A DNA stretch of 54,288 nt, counting the filler, from Catajapyx aquilonaris (taxonomy: Eukaryota), in assembly GCA_000934665.2 (NCBI GenBank). It is 2 parts of 2 records of this genome, joined end to end, with 100 filler letters (N's around TTAATTAATTAA, not from the genome) between each part and the next. Parts side by side here need not be neighbours in the genome. Positions count along the whole stretch, not along the records: positions 1 to 27,104 come from JYFJ02005111.1; positions 27,205 to 54,288 come from JYFJ02005112.1. One strand, 5' to 3'. Shown piece by piece: positions 23,047 through 34,288 of the stretch. The notes beneath the pieces are model-generated. The model searched no databases and was not told the DNA's origin. It saw only the letters and a list, made by a program, of their open reading frames with translations. The position numbers were made by a program, and so were the translations under genes. How positions within the stretch are numbered: the stretch's first letter is position 1; each line of letters opens with the position of its first letter.

Positions 23047-23353
23047 GGTGGAATTTTCGTCCCATTACTAGTTACTGCTTTTAACTTAGCAGTATATAGC
23101 ATTGTACTGTACTGGTACTGCTAAGTTAGCAGTAACTAGCAGTGGTACAGGGAATTTTTGTACTGTACATCCCTGTGTATAGTTTACAGACAATGCAATA
23201 TGGGTGGAATTTTCGTCCTAACTGCTAACTTATCAGTACCAGTACAGTACAATGGTACGTAGGCTACTACTTGTTAGCAGTAGCCTAACTAGCAATGGGA
23301 CGAAAATTCCACCCATTGTCTGTAAACTATACACAGGGATGTACAGTACAAAA
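23047..23353. repeat. Interleaved inverted repeats
   Basis: GGTGGAATTTTCGTCC at ~23047 and ~23203, inverted at ~23298. Also ~23100-23135 vs ~23220-23253, and ~23157-23195 vs ~23316-23353. Confidence 0.75.
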
Positions 23354-23899
23354 GTATCCTGGGGCAAACCCGTATGCCTTCAGTACCCAGCAGGATTTGG
23401 GGAGGATGTATTAGCATTTAATTACATCAGATTAATAGATAAAGTTTTCTTGGCAATTTTGAATGAGTAACATGTAGAATTTTGTTACATTCCCATATGA
23501 ATATTTTAAATCAAAAAATATTTTAAAAAGCAATAAAAGTTTATACCTGAATATTTATATGATGTCAAATCTGAAGGTAAAATTCTGGGTGACATAAAAA
23601 TTAATGCTCCTGTATGCATAATATAAAACAAGCTGAAATGCAATAATTATTCGCTATTTTTTAAAAAAGTGAACAATATGCAAGGTGTCTGGAAAATATT
23701 ATCCTATAGTGTTATTTGGACTTAGCATGGTCAGTTGCAATTGAGGTGTCAATAGCACCTCAGTTCCATTATTGTTATTACGCGTAATTATCATGTTCTC
23801 GTATACTATCCTGTATTAAGCAAGCAGACCTGAACATTATGATCTCTATTGCTCCTACACAAGTAGATGATACTGATAAGTAAGAATGTGTCACACGCT

Positions 23900-24271
23900 G
23901 GACCAGTGAGTTTCTCAGTTATCACTACATGCGCACCTGCCCAGTTGGAAGGTACTTTGTCCTGTAAGAACCAATCAGAACTGGAGCAGCTGAAGACGAT
24001 GGTTTGGAGGAAAGCATGTCACAACCTATAGTGGACAGCATTAGTGTGTCTGTGAAAGTGAACCACTCAGACTCACTGCAGAACTTGAACTTGGAGGTGG
24101 ACTTGGATTAGTTGGATAGTGGTCAGTTAAACCAACTGAAGCAAGCTCTGTTGTTGGGGATGCCAAACCTGCGTCACTTGGTTCTGTCCAAGCTTTGGTG
24201 TGGGGTCAGGGAGTTACATCACTATATGGTTGTTCTCCTGGTTCATCACCCTTCACTGTCCGAATTAACAG
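23900..24271 (+). pseudogene. Pseudogenic leucine-rich-repeat exon (F-box/LRR-like)
   Basis: SLQNLNLEVDLD*LDSGQLNQLKQALLLGMPNLRHLVLSKL...HPSLSELT|gtgagc with an in-frame TAG at 24109-24111 and frameshifts upstream. Confidence 0.45.
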
Positions 24272-24683
24272 GTGAGCTAACCAGACAGTAAATAGTTGGT
24301 TTTACAATTTGTATCACTGTAGAGAACAAAAAAAAATCTTCCTTACTACAACATGAAATTTTTCAATACAACCTTGCAATGAAGTCATCCAGTAATTACA
24401 TCAGGAGCTGGCTAAATAGTAACAGAAAGATCAGGTGATCACAAAACTTTACTGCTGTGTGAATGGTCCTGTGGCAAAGCATCAGGATGTCGTGGCAAAA
24501 AGATTGTGAAGGTATTACTCGTATTAAGGTAGGCTACAGCCTGTACCGCTGCCTGCACTGTACAGTACACTGTACCTCTTTATTAATATTATTATAAGGA
24601 GTGCGAAAAGTGAGAGGGACAGTAATTCATGAGTACAATAAGTGTAAGTAATTCATGTAAGTATATAATACAGGGCGCTGGTA

Positions 24684-25106
24684 CCGAAGCAGTAGTGGTG
24701 TAGGGGATATGGTGTCCGACTGCTAATCGGGAGGTCCTGGGTTCGAGTCCCGGAGGCCGGCGGTCCTGGCCTTGGTTTTCTGTGGTTTTCCAAGGTCACT
24801 CCAGGGAAATCCCGGGATCGTACCGTTAAATAGGCCACAGCCGCTTCCTTCCTTTCCCTGGAGGAGGCGCGGTGTTCGGTGGGGGGCTTCCGGCCGTGCC
24901 TAGAGGGTGTCTAAGCTTGGCCCCCTGAGGGACTGCACACGGCCCCCACCACAGGACAATGCACTGCACCTTGTTCCTCCCTCCCTATCCCTTCCCTGTC
25001 CCTGCACCGCACCGGTGAGATTGTAAAGTTAGAAAAATGGAGGAGATCTCCTCCCCCTGCATTGACCAATTGGTCTCAAGGGGGATCCCAAATAAATAAA
25101 AAAATA
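24684..25106 (+). mobile_element. Full-length tRNA-derived SINE (family C) with 17-bp TSD
   Basis: B-box GGTTCGAGTCCC, Ser(GCT)-like GACTGCTAATC, A-rich tail, and TSD AATACAGGGCGCTGGTA at 24667-24683 and 25107-25123. Confidence 0.9.
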
Positions 25107-25293
25107 AATACAGGGCGCTGGTAAATGTCAGTAAATGATTATTATACTAGCAACCATTAACTATACAACACTAATGTGTGAAACTCTCCAGACATATGGG
25201 ACACCCTGCACAAGTAATTCGTGCAAGTATAACAAGTTATTCACAACATGAAACAACTTTATTTAATTTTTAGTCTGCAGTTTTACCCCCGTT

Positions 25294-26536
25294 TTACCAA
25301 GGCGAAATATCCCTCTGGTACACGACTGTAAGGTTTGGCCGCACGTCGGTCAGCCTCTGTAGGTCAGACTGGGACAGCAAGAGGCCGATCACGCATAAGA
25401 GACGCAGTTCCAGGAGCTGCTGACACGACTCTACCAGGCTGAAGATACTGCTACGGGACGCGCATGTGAAGGATATGTCAAGATACTGCAGGGACGGGCA
25501 GTGCTCGGCGATGGCCTGGACGCAGAGGGAATCCAGGTTGCTGGCGCCCCTCAGGTCCAGCCTCTTCAGACGTCGGACGATAGACTCGTTGGTGATGAAC
25601 TTCATCAAGTTGTCGACCGTCAGCTGGACCATCCAGGGAATGGACAGGCAGTCTAATACGGGCGCCTCGTTAATCCCGCTCAGCAAGCTCAGGTCGTTCG
25701 CTTCCTCGCATCGCATCAGGAGCGTAGTATACTCTACGTACTTCTCATAGTTCATCCGGTAAACCCGCCTTGGCTGCCCATAATCCCCTATGCGGTGCTT
25801 ACGCCTGTCCTCGTCGTTCATGTACAACAAGGTGAACTCCTTCAGACTGGTGTACCTCTGGAGCAACGAGGGCGTAAAGGGATTTATCAGGCCCTCCATG
25901 TGAAGGGTGACTGTGGAGAGCTTGGAGCAGACGGAGAATATGTCCAAGGGGTGCTTGCAGGGTCTGGGAAGATACTGGACGTCTATCTTGAGCGAAGTCA
26001 GCTGGGTACAGTGGCGCGCAACCTTGTCCAGGGTCTGTTCGTGCAGACTGGTGATCGATCCGAGTTCCAGCACCTCCAGTTGGCGACAGTTTTTGGCGAC
26101 TGCTATCAGCACTTGGTCGACGCCTACTGTCCACTTAATCATTTTCAGCCGCCTCAGCATGGACATGTTGGACACCAAAATCACTGCACCATTCGAAGAC
26201 ATCTTTGTGCCGTCCAGTGTCATCTCCTTCCATGTTTGTCTCTCGGTGAAGCTGATTTTGCGCCATTGCTTGCACACGAACGGGACAATGAATAGTTTCT
26301 CCTCTTGGGTCAGGTAGCTGAATATCATCAGTGTCAGCTCGGTCGGCAGCGAGGTCCAACATGACACGTGGTCTGCAACCTGAATCGAAGCGTATGAGCT
26401 CAAGTGGATGACATGTCTGGGTGACACTGACCTGTCCGCTGGAGGTAACATCATCCGTAGCCATCCAGGCGGCCAAAATGTGACCATCATCGCCAGGTGG
26501 AGGCGAAATCCTTGGTTTCTTTGCAAGAGTCTCCAT
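25294..26536 (-). CDS. F-box/leucine-rich-repeat protein (FBXL-like), ~396 aa
   Basis: join(26536-26432, 26379-25294). F-box WTSLPTELTLMIFSYL...VCKQWRKIS followed by cysteine-containing LRRs (NCRQLEVLEL, HCTQLTSLKI, HCPSLQYLDISFT). AATAAA lies ~30 nt after the stop. Confidence 0.92.
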
Positions 26537-27104
26537 CACATTTGAAAGAATCTAAGGCCTGATAATGAGTCATTGCACAGAAATAATAATGAATGATCCA
26601 CTTACCTTAATTTCCCACTGATATTCTGTAACTGTGAAGTGATATCGGGGATAATTTTTTTTTTGCTTTCAATGTGATAGCTGATCCTTTGACAATTTAA
26701 CACATGTGGCATACTATGACAACGTAAAAAACATTATAGTGGTGTTTACGTTACTCTTGCCAACATACTTGACAACCATAATGTGTCACATACACATGGT
26801 TACGTCAAGCTATATTATTAATCATGAGCGTATAATGTATACAGGGACAATGCCGACTTAATTAATAATGAGCAAAAGTAATATAATTAGGTAAAAATAA
26901 ACACTGCAATGAAAATGATAAAGCATGTCTCTTTTCAAAAGTTCCGCCTCTCCCCTTCACGTTCACCTATTGTATATTAAGTGGGGGGAAGACAGCAGTA
27001 AAATGGAACATTAGTCGACGACGACACAGCTGTTTCAGTAAAGATCAGAGCTGTTTAGCAAGATCTGAAAACGGAATTACCATAGGAATAATGAGGTCGT
27101 TTCT

Positions 27105-27204
27105 NNNNNNNNNNNNNNNNNNNNNNNNNNNNNNNNNNNNNNNNNNNNTTAATTAATTAANNNNNNNNNNNNNNNNNNNNNNNNNNNNNNNNNNNNNNNN
27201 NNNN
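27105..27204. other. Assembly gap / artificial linker
   Basis: 44 N + TTAATTAATTAA (stops in all six frames) + 44 N = exactly 100 nt. Confidence 0.95.
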
Positions 27205-27448
27205 GACCCAGCGACGGGTCTCTTCTGCCTGCGCACTCACTCACTCGATTTGTAAACAGTGGCAACAATGGAAGCGCTCTCCATGGGCTGATGTTTGAAT
27301 TGGCCCGCCGGACAGGGTTGCCAGGTAACGCCGCCGCCGCCGCCGGAAAAAAACATTCACCGACGGCTATTATGTCCAGCACTGTACCATCAAGAATGTA
27401 GAAAATAGTGCAAATGAATCTATATTGTAGTGGTCTATATTTACCTTA

Positions 27449-27584
27449 GGGCCGTTTTCTCGAACAGTGGTTCAAATGTAAACCCGGTTTAAACCCTTGA
27501 CAACAGCCTAACAACAATCAAATCAGGGATTAAACTGGCTTTGAACCCGGTTTACATTTGAACCACAGTTCGAAAAAACGGCCC
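27449..27584. mobile_element. PIF/Harbinger-type MITE
   Basis: TTA-GGGCCGTTTTCTCGAAC...GTTCGAAAAAACGGCCC-TTA. Confidence 0.85.
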
Positions 27585-28008
27585 TTAATTGTGTTCGTTG
27601 GGGAGTTGTAATAATACACCATAAATATCATTTACGAGACACGCACAAAATGACAAAAAATTAAGCGCATTAAACACTGTGTGCAGGGTCAGGGACAATT
27701 AATGCCAGTGCATTGTATAAATCATGAGACGATTCAAGTAATATGACTCGGCTTTCAAACGACAAGTTCGAGGGATACAAGAGGGAATAATTACTCTGCA
27801 TATCAGGACACCAAGAAGTAGTCAAAATTGAGGGCATAACTGCCAAGCCTTCATCCGTAAACAATAGGCTTCAACCGTCCCCCTGATTGCAAAGGAATTT
27901 TCCCTTCATAATAGCTGGCGACTGTTGGATTCGTCAGGCCAGACACGTGACAGCCCACGTACTGATAATATGTAGTAAGCATGGATAAGATTAGTATCCT
28001 TTACGGAA

Positions 28009-28090
28009 GGTAGCGTGGCCGAGCGGTCTAAGGCGCTGGTTTAAGGCACCAGTCTCTTCGGAGGCGAGGGTTCGAATCCCTCCGCTGCCA
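28009..28090 (+). tRNA. trnL-AAG: tRNA-Leu(AAG)
   Basis: 82-nt cloverleaf with anticodon loop TTAAGGC, long variable arm, GGTTCGAATCCC, and a T-run terminator just downstream. Confidence 0.95.
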
Positions 28091-28425
28091 AGTTTTTTTC
28101 TCTTGTTGTTGGTTGATTTAGAGCTTTTTTTCACTTATTTGTATGTAGGCATCTTCATGTTGACATGTAATTACTCACTACACACATTTGAAGTATTAAA
28201 TTAAATAATCTCCGGGAGCAGCGCATGAGCAATATTACAGGGTATGCTCTATAATGTAATCCTTTGTAAACAATAGGCTTCAACCGTCCCCCTGATTGCA
28301 AAGGAATTTTCCAATCATAATAGCTGGCGACTGTTGGATTCGCCCACGATTCGCCAGTCCAGACACGTGACAGCCCACTTACTGATAATATGTAAGCATG
28401 GATAAGATTAACATCCCTCAAGGAA

Positions 28426-28507
28426 GGTAGTGTGGCCGAGCGGTCTAAGGCGCTGGTTTAAGGCATCAGTCTCTTCGGAGTCGAGGGTTCGAATCCCTCC
28501 ACTGCCA
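28426..28507 (+). tRNA. trnL-AAG: tRNA-Leu(AAG), variant copy
   Basis: As copy 1 with 4 substitutions; stems largely retained; T-run terminator. Confidence 0.88.
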
Positions 28508-28831
28508 AGTTTTTTTTTCTTGTTGTTGGTTGATTTGGAGCTTTTTTTCACTTATTTGTATGTAGGCATCTTCATGTTGACATGTAATTACTCACTACAC
28601 ACATTTGAAGTATTAAATTAAATAATCTCCGGGAGCAGCGCATGAGCAATATTACAGGGTATGCTCTATAATGTAATCCTTTGTAAACAATAGGCTTCAA
28701 CCGTCCCCCTGATTGCAAAGGAATTTTCCAATCATAATAGCTGGCGACTGTTGGATTCGCCAGTCCAGACACGTGACAGCCCACTTACTGATAATATGTA
28801 AGCATGGATAAGATTAACGTCCCTCAAGGAA

Positions 28832-28913
28832 GGTAGTGTGGCCGAGCGGTCTAAGGCGCTGGTTTAAGGCATCAGTCTCTTCGGAGTCGAGGGTTCGAAT
28901 CCCTCCACTGCCA
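28832..28913 (+). tRNA. trnL-AAG: tRNA-Leu(AAG), variant copy
   Basis: Identical to copy 2 by eye; T-run terminator. Confidence 0.88.
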
Positions 28914-29208
28914 AGTTTTTTTTTTCTTGTTGTTGGTTGATTTGGAGCTTTTTTTCACTTATTTGTATGTAAGCATCTTCATGTTGACATGTAATTACTC
29001 ACTACACACATTTGAAGTATTAAATTAAATAATCTCCGGGTGCAGCGCATGAGCAATAATGCGCTATAATGTAATTCTTTCAACTCTGCGCCACTGCTGG
29101 AAGTGTCGACTATGACATTGTATCACCATGTACCTAGTATAGATTTGCTCGATTTATTAATGCTTCCTGAAGCTGATTCGGAACCCCAAAAGAGCTATTA
29201 TTCTTGTC

Positions 29209-29395
29209 ACCGAAGCAGTTTGGAGTAGGGGATACGGTGTCCGACTGCTAATCGGGAGGTCCTGGGATCAAATCCCGGGGCCGGCAACTCTGACCGTGGT
29301 TTTCTGTGGTTTCCCACGGTCCTTCCAGGAAAATTCCGGAGTTGTTTCCGTAATTAACAGGCCACAGCCGCTTCCTTCTGTCCCTATCCCATCCC
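29209..29395 (+). mobile_element. SINE family C, 3'-truncated copy
   Basis: Aligns to 24684-24860 (GTGTCCGACTGCTAATCGGGAGGTCCTGGG...GGCCACAGCCGCTTCCTTC). Confidence 0.8.
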
Positions 29396-31551
29396 AAAAA
29401 GTTGTGCAGTAAAAACGAAAGCAAAGAGTTCCAGGTAAAAAGAAAAACTTCCCCCCTAAAGAGCCGAAAAAGGCTGATAACGGGGTATGAATTATTATTA
29501 TATTATTCTTGTCACTTATTATTTCACAAGCTGTCTGCACATGCAAGGCAGATTGCTAATGTCTGTATAATACTGCTGTGAAATTTCTATTTACCCTAGA
29601 GATTCACTGTTTGGAATGATGACATGGTTTTATGAAGTGATATTTCCACGCTTGAAGTGTTATGGCTGCAGGCAAAAATCCTCCGTTTGAAGCCCCCTCC
29701 ACCTGCAGTTTCATGGTGTTTGCGCCAATTAGTGCTGAGAAACCTGCAACCACATGCACACCTGTGCATTTTGCAAATGAACCTGGCTGCGTACACGAAA
29801 CCAACACTCGGCTGGCCAGCCCCCGGAATATCAAACGTATTCAAGCAAGCCTCATAAATCTTAAACAGACTCATTTAGCCGTTTATGTTATTGTGCTTCC
29901 GTAGCTTCCAGAAACCTATGGGGAGAAATTGGCCGCAATTTCTTTGCTAGCCTTTCCACGCAAAGCTTCCTTCAAGCTTTTTGACTGACCATAAAAGTCG
30001 GCAGAAGTGAATCCCATTGGACCTAGAAATGGGGATAACTTTGAAGAAGGGAGTAGCAGCAGAGCGGGGGATGTTGGATGAGGCCAAATAAGCCCACTCG
30101 CAGCTTCCCATCCAAGATCAAGTGGGAGTCAACATCAGGACTGACCACATCCTACAGGACACAAACAAACTTAGACAACATTGCTCGGGCAAACTGCTTT
30201 GACCCACGAATGACCTTTTCCTTTACCCCTGAACGGTCTTTTGAGCAGATTCTGCAGACTAATAACCTTCTGTCGGAGAGCATTCGCTTTGAAAAGTTGG
30301 TGTCCGTATAATGGATTCCCAGTTGCACACAAGGAATTACAAAGTAAAGCCCTGTAATGTATTATTCTGTTGTAGGCTGGAGGCGTTAATGCGCTGCACA
30401 GCCAGTTTTTTCCGTCTTCCAGGACAGCAATTAAGATGAGTACAAACTGTCGTGAATAGGCGGAATTATTCATGAGATTTCAGAACAAGGCGTGCAAGTA
30501 TAAGTACGTACATGTATGCTAACAGCATTGTGCACGAATTAAAATCCTAGCTTAGCTGCGGTCTGGACTCATTCTATTTGCGCTAACGTTGCTACATTTC
30601 CGGCTAATGTCAGGTCCAATTTTTTTTTTCCGTGGTTCAACAGGCTGAAAAGTTGCTGCAAAGCAGGTTAACGAGACTAGTAAAACTAGTTTCCGCAACT
30701 GTACGCTAGCAATGGTGTAAAGTCATCCCTTGCATTACGCTTGCCACTTTGCAAAATACCACTGTAAAATACCTTGTCACAATAGTGTAGCGTAATCCTA
30801 ATTGGTCATTAAATGAGAAATGGTAATCCCTGTGCACACTCGCTCGATGCCTTATCAGATTTATTAGCGGAGAATAAATGAGAATATGGATCCCGCGAGT
30901 GTAATTAGAATAAAATTTCCTCTTAATGCTGTCCGACAGGCCATTGTTATATTTTTCCGCAAAGTACGGAGAGCAGTGTTAGTGTCAGAGTTGGGAATAG
31001 TTTTCTCAATTTAATATCCATTGTGGAATAGAAAATTATCAACACTAGTATCAATGGCAAACCAATACCATACACTGAACATGTAGTGTGGCTCTCATTT
31101 GCGCATTGAGAGGTCGTAAAATGGCATTCGCTGGATTTGAAAATGAAATTTGAAATGCGCGTGTATCCATCCCCACATTTAATCTCGGGCACGCCTGCAT
31201 TACAGGCTACAAACCCTTGTGTTCTCTAATATAATTTCATCAGTCTGTTTCAATCAGCCGGTGGCCAATAGCTTGATCCGATAGTCTATGTAAGTTGCTG
31301 TAAGCACATGCATGAATTCATATTGACTGTTCTGCCAAAAAAAAATCAACCGTAGCTCACAAAATATGTGGCAGAAATCAATAAACAGGATAGGTTAATT
31401 AATATTTCATGTGGCTTACGTAAATGAACAACATAGTTGGTGTATAAAATTTTTGTAATTATTGTATATGGCGCTGACAACATTTCCATATGTGTATAAT
31501 GAAGGTTATATATACCCAACTATTGTATGTCACAAACTTAAACTAGCGGTA

Positions 31552-31814
31552 GAGCTAATCTTTTGTTAAAAGTATAAGATACATCTGCAGCCGTATTTGA
31601 ATGTGACCAACTCGGGATCATCCACTACGATAACTGTACGATACGAAGCGTGGAAAGATACAGAGTTGTAATATGTCATGCTGCATTTGGCATTTTAAGG
31701 TGCTGCGTAAATAGCGCATGACAACTCGGTATCTTTCCACACTTCATATAGCACAGTTACCGTGGTGAGAGATCGGGAGTTGGTCGCATGCTTTCTCTTA
31801 ACAAAAGATCAGCT
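31552..31814. mobile_element. Old palindromic MITE
   Basis: AGCTAATCTTTTGTTAA / TTAACAAAAGATCAGCT termini and diverged internal arms. Confidence 0.65.
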
Positions 31815-32382
31815 ACAGAAGTAGAAGGCAGTGAAAGGCTCCAAATTCTGTCACTCAAAAAGTTACCTTATTTAGCCTGCACACCATCTCCTTGTATGTG
31901 CGTGAATGTTCTTAACCCTAAATAAACGTAACACCAACACTTATACGGTGCAGGTGCAAGCATGCGCAACAAAAGATATACATATCCGATGTAGTTGCAC
32001 AATACACATATTATTCCTCTTCAACACATAAAAACAAAGCAAAAGGAACACACACTTAACACAAAAAGATTCGAAGGTAAACAATCTGAAAGATACCGAA
32101 TTAAATATCAGAATTGAAAACCGAACCAACGTATAAAGAACTGCAACACAGGACTGCCAGCTTTCGACTATCTCCAACTCGAATGGCAAATTGCCCAAGA
32201 AAACTTGGTGGGTCCAAAAAGAAAGAAGATGTGATAATTTATTCCCAAAACACATCGAGAACCTGTGGCTACGTGTTGCCAGTCAGAATCTTATAGGATA
32301 AAGAGGATTATAAACTACAGTGAAACATGTAAATATCAGAACAGCTACGTTTCTGAAAATTCGTTAACAATAGTTGACTCTA

Positions 32383-32688
32383 CAGGGTGTAAATGAATTC
32401 CTATCAGATACTCCTATAGAACTCGGGGAGGGGTCACAATAGATCATTTTTTGGCAAAGAACCCATGTCCTGAAATGCGTCGTTTTCGCGTTAAAACTGA
32501 TTATGCGTGATTATGTATTATAGGTTAGGCCCTAAGCTTAGGCACCATATTGGGCATATCCTGAGACATAATCAGCTTTAACACATAAACAACGCATTTC
32601 CGGACATGGGGTCTTCGGCAAAAAGCAATCTACTCTGACCCCCTCCAAAAGTTCTAGAAGTATCTGATAATAATTCACTTACACACTG
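32383..32688. mobile_element. Tc1/mariner-type MITE
   Basis: TA-CAGGGTGTAAATGAATT...AATTCACTTACACACTG-TA with diverged ~110-bp arms. Confidence 0.75.
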
Positions 32689-32793
32689 TATATCGGAAAA
32701 TAAGATTCAACTTGAAAAAACATTTGTCAGATTAGAGTTGAGAGATAAGATCATAAAGTGTTCACATAAATAACATAATCATAATCCATGATT

Positions 32794-34288
32794 TAAGTAC
32801 AGCATGCAGAACAATCATCATATGTCATATCAAATCGAATCAAGTTGTTTTTTGCAATTTTAAGTATTCAACCGAGATTAGTTTTCCCTCAATTCAAGGC
32901 CCCAATATTATGGGCATCATAAAGTGTTCACATAAATAACATAATCATAATCCATGATTTATCATGAGGAAAGAAGCTAGTCAACAAGTGTTATAGTCCT
33001 ACAATCATTTTAGAATTAATATACGAGCGTAAGTTAAGTAAAATATCCCAATACCTTATTTTAATGGAAATGTACAGTACAGTACCTATTAGCTATAGTT
33101 TTGTAGAAAATGTAAGTAGTAGATGTGCTCAGTATTCATCATTCCCTTTATGTACTGTAAGATCACAAGCAAAAAGATTCGGATACTGTTCTCGGAAAGA
33201 GCGAAAGTTTCCTAGAATAAGATATAAGCAGAAAAACATTGTAGTGTACTGTACGGTACTGTACGGTACAGTGTCACACTGGAAGACCAGTTGTTCCCTA
33301 TGGATATAGTGGCTTTGCCTCCTGCAATGAACAAAAACAAACCTGCAACCACTCCTTAGAATATGATTGCATGATACATGCTCAAATAATGTAACAGCGT
33401 TGTTCTTGCGTAAGACAATTCAACAAAATAATCGACCCTTCTTCGTTATACTTTCCGCTACTATTAACGCTAATAGTAGCTTCACAACAATTAATCAACA
33501 ATTGGATTCATTATTGTGAAGCTACTGCATGGCACATGACTCGATGCAGGATTCAATAGTGGATGAACCAGAGAGCATTTAGTAATTGTTTTGTTTTCAG
33601 GCTTCAAGAGCTCAAATGGATTGGACACAAAATTGCATTTTCATTAGTTTTGCATACGGCTATTTTGCTAATTGTCCCTTTGATGTATGATATCCGTATG
33701 TAAAATCGATGACTTTGTAGGTCCTCCATTTTGCGCATATATTATGTTAAGTTCTGCAAGATAATTTCAAATAGGGAAAACGACATGATCAAAAGTGAAA
33801 CTTCAGCGAAGACGCCAAATTGGCTTCAGCTTAAAAAAAAACATACACTTTAACTTCATCTCTATACAAGTTTTCAGTGAAAGAACAGCCAGAATTCCCG
33901 AACTGTATATAGGACTATAGATTGCTTGTAAATATCAAGGATTCCTTAAAACTGTTTGTGATTGCTTCCTAATGTCTTGAAAGTTGATCCTACATTATTT
34001 AAAATACCCATAAGTACAGCATGCAGAACAAATCAAATCGAATCAAGTTGTTTTTTGCAATTTTAAGTATTCAACCGAGATTAGTTTTCCCTCAATTCAA
34101 GGCCCCAATATTATGGGCATCATAAAGTGTTCACTTAAATAACATAATCATAATCCATGATTTATCATGAGGAAAGAAGCTAGTCAACAAGTGTAATAGT
34201 CCTACAATCATTTTAGAATTAATATACGAGCGTAAGTTAAGTAAAATATCCCAATACATTATTTTAATGGAAATGTACAGTACAGTAC
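32794..34288 (+). repeat. ~280-bp direct duplication
   Basis: 32794-33085 is near-identical to 34011-34288. A 46-nt sub-block is also present at 32749-32794. Confidence 0.9.

Larger units (their letters stand above)
27857..29079 (+). repeat. Tandem array of three ~410-bp tRNA-bearing units
   Basis: Units start with GTAAACAATAGGCTTCAACCG at 27857, 28266 and 28683; flanks are near-identical. Confidence 0.95.

Noticed and set aside
24684..24760. SINE heads (also at 2466, 3879, 29209) as tRNA genes
   Set aside because: They have A/B boxes but no complete cloverleaf, and continue into shared SINE bodies and tails.
25466..26317. Plus-strand and alternative-frame ORFs up to 166 aa
   Set aside because: Shadow ORFs of the GC-rich F-box/LRR exon.
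27857..29079. CRISPR-like or SINE interpretation of the tandem array
   Set aside because: The units are ~410 bp with no unique spacers, and each holds a full cloverleaf plus a Pol III terminator.
29596..30473. Cluster of 66-100 aa ORFs with splice-like signals
   Set aside because: No recognisable domain or consistent exon chain.
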